Source of the DNA: Camelus ferus
Taxonomy: Eukaryota
Direction of reading: 5' to 3'
Assembly: GCF_009834535.1 (NCBI RefSeq)
Contig: NC_045696.1
Location: forward strand, 7,442,001-7,506,000
DNA: 64,000 bases
In this document: positions 13,973 through 25,757 of the stretch, piece by piece
Layout: the number at the start of each line of letters is the position of its first letter
Numbering within the stretch: position 1 is the first letter of the stretch
The notes under the pieces: generated by a model
Seen by the model: only the letters and a program-made list of their open reading frames with translations
Database searches by the model: none
What the model was told of the DNA's origin: nothing
Position numbers and translations under genes: made by a program

Positions 13973-14095
13973 CTTGAAGTCTGGATCAGTTATGTATATC
14001 TGGACTTTGGAATATCCATGGCACTTCTGATAGCAACAGATGGCATCTGGCACTGGAGGGAACCTGCATTCTTCAATAAATTTCTCTAACAGCAT
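13973..14095 (-). CDS. TTC3: TTC3 coding exon 21
   Basis: tttag|MLLEKFIEECRFPPVPDAICCYQKCHGYSKVQIYITDPDFK|GTACAC; 123 nt. Confidence 0.96.
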
Positions 14096-14693
14096 CTAAA
14101 GCAAAAATAAACAAAAATGATACTAGTACAACACTAATTCGTCAACAAAATGCTGTGATTTCAATAACCTCTTGCCATCAAAATATTTTCAGCATAGGAA
14201 TAACTAAATGACTTTTAGCCAAGAACTCCACACAACTTTTAAAGTTTTTCCTTCTAGCAGTGGCTGATAGAGAGACATGTCAAGAGGGAAAGATAGGAAG
14301 AAAAGGACTGAACAAAAGATTTCCAGAATTTCAGACTCTGAATCAAAATCTTACCCTGTGTTATAATCACCAAACCTCATTTTACAATGCATAGCTCTCA
14401 GAAATCTCCTTTGTGTATTCAGAGGGAGCCAGGTGAGGCAGAATACCCCCTTAGGACTCTGTAGCCTTCTTCCTGATGTCATTTCACCCAGTACCCTACC
14501 GCCCTCTCCCATCTTCCTCCCTGAATCCTTGTCGCCTGTGCTTTCAGGTTCCCTGGAGAGCTATCCCACTGCCACCGAAGACCTCGAGAGACTCGTGCCA
14601 TGAGTCCCGTACTGGCTTTTTATTATCCATGGTTCCTATGCCTCCATCCTAATCCAGGATAAAGGGAGGAAAATTCAAGAATCCCTTTGCTTT

Positions 14694-15585
14694 GTTTTCT
14701 GTAACAGCTTTGTTGAGATATAATTCACGTACCATACAATTCACAGATTTAAAGGTATAGTTCAGTGATTTTTAGTATATTCACGGGGCTGTACAACCAT
14801 CACTATCACCTAAATTGAGAACATTTTCACCACTCAACAAGAAACCCTATACCCATGAGCAATCCCTCCCCATCTTTCGTTCATCACCTAACCTCAGACA
14901 ACCACTAATCTACTTTCCATCTTTACATACAGATTTCCCTATTCTGGAGATTTAAGATAAACAATCATTCAATATGTAGTCTTTTGTGTCTGGCTTTCAT
15001 TTAGCATAATGTTTTCAATGTTCATCTATGTATAGCATGTGTCAGTACTTCAGTACTTCATTCCTTTTTATTGCCAAATAAGATCCAATTACATGGATAT
15101 ACCACATCTTATTCAACCATTCATCGGTTGATGGACACTTTGAGCTACTTCCACTTTTGGCCCATTATGAATAATGCTGCTATGAACACTTACGTACAAG
15201 TTTTTGTGAGAACATATGTTTTCCTGTATCTGCGTATCTAGGTATGAAACTGCTGGGTCATAAGGTAACTCTATCTTTAACCTATGAGGAACTGCCAGAT
15301 TGATTTCCAAAGCAGCTGCACCATTTTATATGCCACCAGCAATGTATGGGTATTCTGCTTTCTCCATATCCTTGCCGACACTTGTTATTGTCTGCCTTCT
15401 TGATTGCAACCATCCTAGTGGGCATGAAGTAGTATCATTTTTTAATTCGCACTTCTCTGTTGGCTAATTGTGAACACATTTTACATGCTTATTGGGTATT
15501 TATACAACATCTTGGTGAAATGCCTATTCAGATCTTTCAGCTATTTTTAATTAGAGTGTCTTTCTATCACTGAGTTGTAAGAGTT
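14694..15585 (-). mobile_element. L1MB-like 3' segment
   Basis: aacagctttgttgagatataattcacgtaccatacaattcac...ccacttttggcccattatgaataatgctgctatgaaca...; the minus-strand ORF fragment KIELPYDPAV is similar to the L1 ORF2 C-terminus. Confidence 0.85.
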
Positions 15586-15839
15586 GATTCCTATGCTTTT
15601 AAAAGCTTCAGCCAAAAGCAAGTTCTGAGTACATGCCAGGGTTTACCACAAGTAAAGATCTATCCCAGTCAAATCACACAATTTAGTCTTTCCAGAAGTA
15701 GCAAAACATCTTATGCTTCTGGGTATGAGATTAAATTTCTACTTTCCACACCTTTAAGTGCCATCTCAATATCTGTAATGGAACAATGATGCTGTATCTT
15801 TCACTAAGTACAACCAGTATGTCGTACTGCTTACACTGC

Positions 15840-16060
15840 ATGCTGTGAAGAGAGAATGCCTGATCTGAGTCCCAGTTCTCCCATTTCCTAGCTGTTCAAC
15901 CTTGAACTCATCACTTAAATCTCTCTAAACGTAATCTTCCCCATCTGAAAAATGGGAATAATCATAGTACTCATCATGCAGGGTTGCTGTAAGGGCTAAT
16001 GGTAATGATAAACAGAAGGCGTATGACTGGCATGAAGGAAACATTCAATGAAACATTCAG
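15840..16060 (+). mobile_element. MIR SINE
   Basis: gagtcccagttctcccatttcctagctg...ccccatctgaaaaatgggaataat...cagggttgctgtaaggg MIR core. Confidence 0.8.
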
Positions 16061-16217
16061 TAAATGCTGAAGATTCTCACCAGTCTTTAAAGGAAGCATG
16101 TGGAGGATCTGAGGACAGAGTGCTCCTACCTCTTTGTCTTCTGATGCCTGAGTCAGAGTGCAGGAGTGCAGATGGGCTTTTATGTTAGTAAGAAACTCTC
16201 TACAGAAATAAAGTTAC

Positions 16218-16338
16218 CTTTATTTTCCCTGGCTGAGTCTCTTCAATAACCACATTACTTGTAGGCCAAGTTAACACTCCAGGAAGACGACAAATCAAGG
16301 TTCTTGCTTTCTCGAAATGATTAAGAGCTTCCAGAAAT
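16218..16338 (-). CDS. TTC3: TTC3 coding exon 20
   Basis: actag|FLEALNHFEKARTLICRLPGVLTWPTSNVVIEETQPGKIK|GTAACT; 121 nt. Confidence 0.96.
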
Positions 16339-16794
16339 CTAGTCATAATTATGAAAAAGAAGATATTAAAGATGTGACAAGAATTTTCATCCCCCACAAG
16401 GCACAGAGATCAAGCTTACTAGGTAAGGATACATTTGATAAATCACTGTACAGAAATATTCAATGTAATCTATATTTTCTTTAAAAAAACCAAGGCATTA
16501 TTGCTGTTTGCTATAAAAATAATATAAATTAAATACCAACCTACCTGGACACTGGCTTTATTATGGTAGGTACACACTGGTTCTTTTAAAGCTGTGATTT
16601 CTTTTTTAAAGTTTTCAACAAATAAAACCGAAAACTGAACTCATTTGGCTATTCCATTTTTATTTCACTCACTAAGCTAATTAAAGAAGATTCTTAAAGA
16701 GCAAAAGCAACGCTCCACTTCAACTAATTAATCATAAATAGGAAAAAAAATTTTAACTTGACTCAATTAGGACATTTGTAGTAATATCCCTCTG

Positions 16795-16861
16795 TACCTG
16801 AAAACACTATAAATCAATTATACTTCAATTAAAATAATTAATTAGTTAATTAATTTTTAAA
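16795..16861 (+). mobile_element. Very short L1 3' tail insertion
   Basis: acctgaaaacactataaatcaattatacttcaattaaaa; TSD atccctctg at 16786-16794 and 16862-16870. Confidence 0.75.
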
Positions 16862-18181
16862 ATCCCTCTGCTAAATTTTTAAAGAGATTATGTATTCTGG
16901 ACATGATTCTTCCACCATAAGGCAATGAATTATTTTAACTGAACAAATGTGTATGTAAACTGTTTAACTATAAACATGAAATGTTTCTATACTGATTTAT
17001 GGTTTTAAAAAATAATGTCAACAGAGTCCCACAGTCCATTCAACAAAAGAAAAATAGAATACTAGAATACTAGATTATAAAGTTATTCCAGTCTTTATTC
17101 TTCTCTTCAGACTAGAGAAGAAACAGAATTCCCTGCTTTCTCCAATCTTGAAAAGATTTCCCAATTTAAGAACTCATTTTTGCCTTTGGGTACAGAAAAC
17201 CTCACCTGCAGAAAAGCTAGACCATCATTCACCTTAAGACTGTTAAAAACAGCAGGACATTAAGCCAGATACGGCACATTACAACAGCAAACACTAGCTT
17301 ATGAGACCTTGAAGCCCAAACTGTATTATTTTGAAATTAAATTTTAAGTGCCCTTCAAAATGACAAACATTTCTTTGTTCACCACAACCTCGATGATGCT
17401 ACATATTTGTTATTTTCCCAGATATTGTGAATACCTGCATGTGATCACTGCATTAAACAGTAGGTCCTAAACAGCTCACACTAAACACTGAAATTAATTT
17501 AATTTGTTATTATTATAGAGGTGATTGCTAAATTCTCACTTTCCCTGCCTCTATTTGATTCTTAATAGAGTTGAGCTGGTCAAACAGCAGCTTTAGGAAG
17601 TAAAAGAACTTTCTTTGATCTTTAAAGATTGTTCTAGGCACCCTCTAAGACTGGGTTCCCAGAGCACCAATGGTCTGACAAAAATCTCCTCTAAACAGTT
17701 ACGTAAAAATCTAAGGATAATTAAGAATTATGAATGATATTTCATCAGTCAACAGTTATTTCTTTATGGAAGTAATCTAACATACCTACCACTATAGTGA
17801 GTGTAAATGGCAGGAAGAGAAAGGGTTTTGTTTTATTTTTTAAAGCTTGAGGCATAATCCTGTCCTCTAATGGTCATACAGCAATTTGGGGGGATAAGAC
17901 ATGAAACAATTAGAGAATAGCTACATATCAAATTCTGAGTAAGGATTTCAACTATAGGTTCAAAAGAGATTTTTATTCCTAACTCATGATCTCTTTGAAC
18001 ATATATATACTTATTATTAAAACCATCTACTTTTTTTAGGAAATAGGTATTTAACTAAAAAATTAAATAATCAGACTTATAAAGTACTAATCTGTATCAA
18101 TTCAGTTACCATTTATAAATGACATATACTAAAAGATACTGGCCATACTTTACATACAAAGGATTGATTGGCCATACTTTA

Positions 18182-18220
18182 GTTTTTTGTGTGTTTTATT
18201 GAGGTATAGTTGATTTAACT
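18182..18220 (-). mobile_element. About 40-bp L1 3' tail insertion
   Basis: reverse complement taaatcaactatacctcaataaaa + A-rich tail; flanked by tggccatacttta / tggccgtacttta. Confidence 0.7.
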
Positions 18221-18390
18221 AACTGGCCGTACTTTAATAATTAATACTGAAATGCCAGTCCTCAAAGTAAACACAACTGTCATAGTGTGCCACAGAGAAG
18301 ATACCAGATAACTCCAGAAAAGGGATCATCATCACACTACACTTCAAGTGAGTTCCAGCCCAGAGCATAAACAGTGGGGTTTAGACTAAC

Positions 18391-18503
18391 CTGTTTTTTT
18401 TTAAATACACTTTTCCAATTCCACAGTAGGCCAAGCAATCGAGTCCCTCATTGGGGTAGTGTTCAATCATCCTCTTAAACTGGTTTTCAGCTTCAGATAA
18501 TTC
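18391..18503 (-). CDS. TTC3: TTC3 coding exon 19 (TPR-like)
   Basis: tgaag|ELSEAENQFKRMIEHYPNEGLDCLAYCGIGKVYLKKN(R)|GTTAGT; 113 nt. Confidence 0.95.
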
Positions 18504-19019
18504 CTTCAGTAGCAAAGAGAACACAGATCACTTACACAAAAAGAGAGTGCTGGAACAGGTTTTACCCGGAGGCTGTTCTTTTTGTGTAGTATTAAAAACT
18601 GTATATTCAAAAATTTCTATGGCAAAATTATACCTTCTGCATTTCATTTTCTTAGTAATTACATACATTTTGACCATAAGGATACTCAGAGACACAACCA
18701 AAATGGTCTGGCTCCAGAATGAAAAGTTGGCACTGAATGACATTTGTGTTGTAAGTTTTCCAAACTGTTCACAAGTGGTATCACAATATTTATTACGTTC
18801 TCCAACTTGCCACTTTCCCCTCAATGTGTTTCCAAAAGTCTACCACGATACATCACGTCCTTTACTTTTTATACAAATAAAAAGTAGATTCCCACACATG
18901 GTCTGGCATAACTTTTTTCTTAATGGAAACACAAACTAAATTTTCTTTTCAAAAAAACAACACAAATGAAATTATATTTAGGTATTTAAGAAAAAATTAT
19001 CAACAAAGTATACAGAAGG

Positions 19020-19232
19020 TGCCCCCTAAACTCACTGTGGTAATTATTTCATGATATATGTAAGTCAAATCATTGTACTGTACACCTTAACACATTGATT
19101 GCCAAGTCACCCAAATCTGGTGACAGCTGTGTTTCTTCAGGGGCACCCATTCCACAGTGGGCAATCAATGTGTTAAACTTATACAGCATTATATGCCAAT
19201 TACACCTCAATAAAACTGGAAGAGAAAAAAAA
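19020..19232 (+). mobile_element. 5'-truncated L1 3' end, interrupted by a TIR element
   Basis: ctaaactcactgtggtaattatttcatgatatatgtaagtcaaatcatt...tacaccttaa[insert]acttatacagcattatatgccaattacacctcaataaaactggaag + A-tail. Confidence 0.85.
19091..19172. mobile_element. 82-bp non-autonomous DNA transposon (piggyBac-type MITE)
   Basis: Perfect 13-bp TIRs CACATTGATTGCC / GGCAATCAATGTG; TTAA on both sides (19087-19090, 19173-19176). Confidence 0.85.
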
Positions 19233-19335
19233 GGTACAGAGAAGGAAATAAGCCAAAATGAGAAAGCTATTTTAACATGTCTTCTAAAATTAATGGCATA
19301 TTTTAATTGCTTATTATCTCTGTTACAAATCTTAC

Positions 19336-19416
19336 CTCAGGCTGTCCAATCCCAAGGAGAGAAATGGCAAGTCCATAGACTACTAACACGTAGTTAATCA
19401 TGGCCAGGTTCAATTG
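19336..19416 (-). CDS. TTC3: TTC3 coding exon 18
   Basis: gacag|QLNLAMINYVLVVYGLAISLLGIGQPE|GTAAGA; 81 nt. Confidence 0.96.
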
Positions 19417-20060
19417 CTGTCAATAAAAATGCTCCAGTCAAATACCTGAACATAATTCTGCACAGGCTGCATCATACCAACCTGGTAACCGCAACAGTAA
19501 AAGACGTGTAATAAAATCTCCCTAATCACTATGACTGGGATAAAGGCCAAACAGAATTAGAAATTGTGTTTAGCAAAGATATGCAATAACACTGCTATCA
19601 AGTGTTTAAAACACAGAATCACTGTCTCAGAGATCCTTGAAGGCATGGTTCATAAGATTAGGGTGACTGAGTCATATTCTTAAGAGTAACAGACTAAGTT
19701 ATCCCCTCTCATATAGCCCTGCATAAACTATTTACCTAGCTAATCCTTTCTTTCTAGATGAAAAGATGTGACTACATAAAGTGAGTCCAAATCCTTGATT
19801 TAGTACTGTAATAAGAGAAAAAGTGTTCTAATGAACACCAACTACAGGGCACGGAGAAAACCTAGCCTGGGTTGCGTACCAAGTGCAATCACACAGGCTG
19901 AACCAGAGCATTACCTGCTTCTCACAACTTGGAGTAGATTCAGCCCCTCTCGGCAAGCTCTAAGATATACTAACACAATGAAGTCAAAGCCTTGGCTCTT
20001 TTCCATATTCATCTGAAATGCAGTAGCACTAATGAACAAGTTACCAGGAGGCAGTTTTAC

Positions 20061-20195
20061 CTTTATTTTTTGAGGATCTAAACCGTTGAGCAGCTCTGTG
20101 AAGGCCTGAGCGGCACTGCGGCAGCGCTGCTCCAACAAAGCTGTGTAACCATCCTGGATCAGGCTTCTGAGCATTTTCATTATATTGGCAAAATC
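20061..20195 (-). CDS. TTC3: TTC3 coding exon 17
   Basis: tgcag|DFANIMKMLRSLIQDGYTALLEQRCRSAAQAFTELLNGLDPQKIK|GTAAAA; 135 nt. Confidence 0.96.
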
Positions 20196-21179
20196 CTGCA
20201 AAAGAGAAATTGTTTTAGTAATCTAGAGTTATCCATGTTTGGTCTAACACTTAAGATGCCAAAGTTCATCACTGGGCAGTTATATTTTATAACTCATCAT
20301 AAAATATGTAAATACCCAAAGCTATCCTTGATGCATTATAATCCTTTATCAGCGCAGCACCATTAAAGTAAAAATTAAAAGGTACTGCCTTCACCATCTT
20401 AATTCCAACACTTCTAGTGCTGCCCATGACAAGAAAGGGTAGTTCATTTCACACTATATGGTGCCTTAATGCCTTGAATGAACTGATTCCATTCTAACCT
20501 CTTTCATTCTACAAAACAGACCCATATTGCCTCCTGTTTCCAATGGAAATTACTGCCCTCAATACAGAACAAATAAATGGTCTGTACTGAAAGCTCTGTG
20601 AGAGCGGGCTGACTCGAACTGCCATACACTCAATCTCTCCCAGTCTTCAGCGTATGCAAGGGCCTAAATAAAAGTGTGGTGAACGAACAACAGCTCAAAA
20701 AAACCTGTTATTTATATTTAAATAATCTTTTGATCTTTACAGGCTGTCTTTACAATTTAAGTCCTTAATGGTTTTTAGAACCAGTAAAATCAATATAAAA
20801 TGACATAATTTTAAAATCTCCAACTGTTAGAGATTCTAAAAATGCTTTTATGCAACTAACTAGAAAGCTGTTGAAATTGATTAGAAAACTGATTAAAAAT
20901 GTGTAAAACACGCTTCATTCCATCAGTCCTTAGTAAGATATCTGTCACATATACCTAAAATAGCTACCTGAATTTTAAAATGACCCTACATATTGAAAAA
21001 AGTATTGTGTTCTATGTTGGTATACATTTTGGAGAGGTGAAGTTTAAAACCAATATTTTATCTTACAAGAAATAAAATTGTGTTTACATAAAGCACTGAA
21101 TTGTCAAAGCAGACTCATATAAATCACATTTAACAGAAAGAGACAACCTTTCACTGTAATATACATTCTACAGGTATTC

Positions 21180-21798
21180 AATGACTGAAATAGTGACTAG
21201 CCATGGCTCTGTAAATTCTGGATTCCATGAAGGTTTCTATTTCTTCTTGAGTCAATTTTTGTAAGTTATATTTTTCTAGCAACTTGTCCTTTTGGTCTAT
21301 ATACATTTTCAAATTTCTTGGTATAATTCTGTTCATTATAGGATTTGTAATATTCAAGGGTCTATAGTAATGCACTGTTTTTCATTCTTGAAATTGTTTT
21401 ATTGTGCCTTCTTTTTTTTCTCTCAGTCAGTGTGTGCAAATTTTATGTTGCCAAAGAATCAACTTTTAGCTTGGGGATTCTTCATTACATGTTGTTTCCA
21501 CTTCATTATTTCCTACTTTGTTATATCCTCCTACTTTCTTTGAGTTCTTTTTCTAGCTCTTGGGATGAAGGCTTTATTAATTTAAAAGTCTTTATTCTTT
21601 TAATACATGCATTTAGCTTGATAAATTTCCTTCAAAGTAATCTTTTTGTTATATATCCCTTGCATTATTCCAGACGTTTTGTTTCAGAGCAGTTTTAGGT
21701 TTACAACAAAATTGAGAGGAAGATACAGAGATTTCTAAATGCTCCTTTCCCCTTTACATGCATAGCTTCCCCCACTATAAACGTCACTCATCAGAATG

Positions 21799-21848
<50 letters not shown>

Positions 21849-22060
21849 ATATATATATATATATATAAATAATCAAGGATGAACACACAGACAAATCATA
21901 ATCACCCAGCGTCCATAGTTTACCACTCTTGGTGTTGTACATTCCACAGGTTTGGACAAATGCATAATGACTATATGTATCATTTAAACTATCAAGTCAG
22001 AGGAATTTCACAGCCTGAAAAATCCTCTGTGCTCTGCATATTCAACTCTTCCTCCTTAAT
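21180..22060 (-). mobile_element. L1M fragments (ORF2 remnant plus L1MC/MD-like 3' end)
   Basis: The minus-strand ORF DKLLEKYNLQKLTQEEIE is L1 ORF2-like; tttcagagcagttttaggtttacaacaaaattgag is an antisense L1MC-type terminus. Confidence 0.75.
21800..21868. repeat. (TG)~22 followed by (TA)n compound microsatellite
   Basis: direct reading. Confidence 0.95.
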
Positions 22061-22498
22061 GTACATTTTTTATTACTTATGTTTTAAACATCACAGAAAG
22101 AATATTATATACAAAATTATCTGATAAATCATTCAAAGAATAAAGAGTCTGCTGTTTAATGGTTTTATAGTTAAGTATAATAAAACCACAAGTGCTTAAA
22201 CCTTTTTAAAAATAATTTAAATCTTAAAATATTTAACTTAATAGTTAAAACTTTGGGAAGCAATGATTCTCAAATCTATAGTGTTAATCATGAGTTAAAT
22301 CTCCAGTTCATATAATAAGCAAGTTAAAATCCAAACTATGGATAGTTTGGTTTCTTAGCAATCATCTATTAAATCATATGTCTATAACTAAAATTATAAG
22401 GAAAAAAAACTTAAGAGATATACATGATTAGACTTAATTCATGTGAAAAATGTTATGTCCAAGAATGTGCTTTTCCTTTAGAAAAGGTTTTCCTTTAC

Positions 22499-22583
22499 CT
22501 GGTGTGCAGCTCTCGAAGACTTAGAAAACTGTTTCTCTAAGATGTTTTTCAAATCTACTGGTAAACTCCCTTGTGAACCAGAA
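22499..22583 (-). CDS. TTC3: TTC3 coding exon 16
   Basis: tttag|SGSQGSLPVDLKNILEKQFSKSSRAAHQ|GTAAAG; 85 nt. Confidence 0.95.
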
Positions 22584-23047
22584 CTAAAAAAGAAAAGAAT
22601 TGTTTTGAATTATTTTAAAATAAAACAATCCTGCTTAAATTTAAAGAAAAATATTAGTTACTGAAGGTCATTTTAAACAGTGAGTAAATGGAGAATTACT
22701 AGTTCTTAAATAGAAATATTACCAAGATGCCAATTCTCTCCAAATTAATCTCTAAATCCAATAAAAATCCTCATAAAATTAGAGGGGGAGGGGGAACCAG
22801 ATGAACTGATTAATGAGATGATATGGAAGAATAGCTTTAAAAAAAAAGAAATTGGGAGGATTTATGCTAATCACCAAGTTATTACAGATCTAGTCACCGA
22901 TAACAACAAAGTCCTGACGCAAGAAAAGTGCCCGATGAACACCGCAAGGGTGCTCCATCTCACGCGAAAATCTAGTAAGATATAACCTTTCCAGAAAGCC
23001 TGACCCCCAATGCTGGTGAGGTTAGGGAAGATTCAGGTGCTCTAGGT

Positions 23048-23885
23048 GGTGTTTTCTGACACCAAATGTGTAAATTTCTGGACATCAAATACTTGTCATT
23101 TTTCCACACCAATTTTCCAACACCAACTGAATGTCCTGAACAATTCAATTCAATTTTGACACCACCTCTGGAGTTAATAACTCAGGCCCCACAGGTTAAA
23201 GGTCCAGTCCTACAAGACTGCCCTCATTTCAGCCTCACTGGGGTACCCAAGCTATCCACACTTCTGCCCCACCAACTACAAATTCAAGTGTTCCCATGAC
23301 CAATCCTTAGGTTCAACAATTCCCTAGGACAATTCACAGAACCCAGAAAAGCACTTTAATTACTATTACAGTTTATTAGGAAAGATATAACTTAGGATCA
23401 GCCCCAATGCAAAGGATGCACAGGACGATGTGGGGAGAGGTGTCACAGAGCCTTCAAGCTGTCTGGAGAGTGCACCACCTTCCCAGCATCCTGAAGTATT
23501 CACCAACCCAAATGCTCCCTGAGCCCCTAAGTTTAGAGGTTTTTTAACTGAGGTTTTATTACACAGGCAAGAATGATTAAATTACTGACCACCGGTGACT
23601 AAACTCAATTTCCAGCTCTCTTTCTTCCCCCTAGAGATCAGGGGGTGAGGCTGAAAGTTCCAACCAATCACAAGCTTGGTCTTTCTGGTGACCAGCCTCA
23701 ATCCTGGAGGTAGGGGCCCAGCCTTGAGTCACTTCATTAGTATAAACTCAAGTAGGGAGAAAAGGAACTCGTTACGAATAACGAAGCAAATAATTCATAA
23801 CTCAGGAAATTCCAAGGGTCTTAGGAGTTCTGTGCCAGGAACTGGGGACAAAGACCAAGTATATAAATATTTTTATTATACCACA
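23048..23885 (-). mobile_element. MER21-like solo LTR
   Basis: Minus strand begins TGTGGTATAATAAAAATATTTATATACTTGGTCTTTGTCCCCAGTTCCTGGCACAGAACTCCTAAGACCCTTGGAATTTCCTGAG, matching the recalled MER21 start; about 840 bp. Confidence 0.75.
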
Positions 23886-24528
23886 CCCCTTCACACAGCT
23901 TAATGGGAGTGTCAACAGTGCTCATATTCTGAGAGGAAAACTTGGCAATATCTACCAAAGTTAAAATTATGCATCTCCTTTGACAGCAATTCCACTCTAG
24001 AAATTTCTCCTTCACATACATCTACACTATGAAATATCCTACAGCCATGAAAATGAAGGATGTAGACCTCCATGTTCTGATATGGGAAGGTATTCAAGGT
24101 ATTTTGAAAGAGATAAAAAAGCAAGCTGTAGGCTGGAGCGGTCCTAACAACCAGGAAAATAATAATGTGAACAATAATGATAGTTGAAGTGTATTCAGTA
24201 TTTACCATGTTCCAGGGCTCTAAATTTTTTATGTGGTTATCCCTTTTAATTGTTAAATAACCTCACAAAGTAGACACAACCAAGAAGAGCGTTCAGCTTG
24301 AAAACAGAAACAAAGTATTACGAAAATAAATTTAACAAAATGGGTTAAAATGATAACTATGTATTCAAAGAATGATCATGGATTTGGTTTTGGTTTCTTT
24401 CTGTGGTGAGGGGAGGGGGGCCAGGAGGGAGATGCAGGACTTTTCTAACAAATAATAGAATAACATAAGGCACTATGGCCTTGCTTTGTATTTAATTTTT
24501 GTAGCATCATCAAAAAATGGTCATTTTT

Positions 24529-24860
24529 TACATGATATGTGGAATCTAAAAAAAGAAAAAAGAAGACACTGATGAACTCATCTACAAAACAAAAACAGAC
24601 TCGAAGACATAGTAAACAATCATGGTTACCGGAAGGGATAAATTTGCAAATATTAACCACCATATATATAAATAGATAAAAAACAGATTTCTTCTGTACA
24701 GTACAGGGAACTATATTCAATATCTTATAATAACCTATAATGAAAAAGAATATGAAAATGAATATATGTATGTGTATATATGACTGGGACATTATGCTGT
24801 ATACCAGAAACTGACACACTGTAACTGACTATCCTTTAATTAAAAAAAAAAAGTTTTTTT
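24529..24860 (+). mobile_element. Lineage-type L1 3' end with A-tail
   Basis: atatgtggaatctaaaaaaag...gaaaatgaatatatgtatg...gctgtataccagaaactgacacactgtaactgactat + A-tail; imperfect TSD aaatg(g)tcattttt. Confidence 0.85.
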
Positions 24861-25696
24861 AAATGTCATTTTTTAAAAATGGGGCTTTACTAATTTCTCT
24901 TAGTGCTTTGATATTCCATCATTCTCCTTGAAGCACCTATCAAGGAATGAGCCTTAAGAGATGAAAACTGGTATAACTGCGGCAAAATTGGCTTAGTAGT
25001 TTCTTCAGCATCACTTTCACTGACTTCATGAATTTCTCTATCTGTTGTAAGATTTATAATTCCACTTTGTCATCAATTTGTATCTTTGTAGGTAGCAGAT
25101 TAACTATAAAGACAGGTGGTAAGAGTTCCTACTGTTAATTGGGGGAAAACGTTTGGTAGAACTAATTTTATAAGTGGTCAATTCATTAGTAAATCCTTTT
25201 CTCTAATGGGATAATTACTCAAAAGAGCCTCTGAATAAACATATACTCGTGCCAGTGTATGCAGAGCAAGTTCCTAGATGGCCAAGAAACTACTAACAGC
25301 AAGCTTTTAAAGGAAGGCACTAGAGAAGGAATAGACAGAGATGAAATACAGTGAACAGGGAAGGAGACTAAATTTTCACTTTATACCTGTCTGAATATTT
25401 TTCTCTTATGAGCATGTATTTTGGAATGTTAAAAAATCAATACTGATATATCTCATATTTATGACTTTCAGAAATCAGTATTAACATCTAGGATTAATCA
25501 TCCTTTAGCCAAAAATGACCCTCTCCTAAAGACATGCCTTGATAGTTGAAAGGGATTTTAGTACTTACGATAATACACATATGTAAAGGCAGGTACTACC
25601 TGAAAGAGACTTCCTTTCCCTTTTTCTTTTTTCTTGGGAGGAGAACATTATGGAAACAAAACCAAACCAAAAAAAACCCTTAGATAAAAAACATAC

Positions 25697-25757
25697 CTGA
25701 ACTTCTCCAATTCATTGTTTCGGGATTTTTGTTTTCCTTTATATTTTGGAGGCTGGC
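25697..25757 (-). CDS. TTC3: TTC3 coding exon 15
   Basis: tgcag|QPPKYKGKQKSRNNELEKF(S)|GTATGT; 61 nt. Confidence 0.94.
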
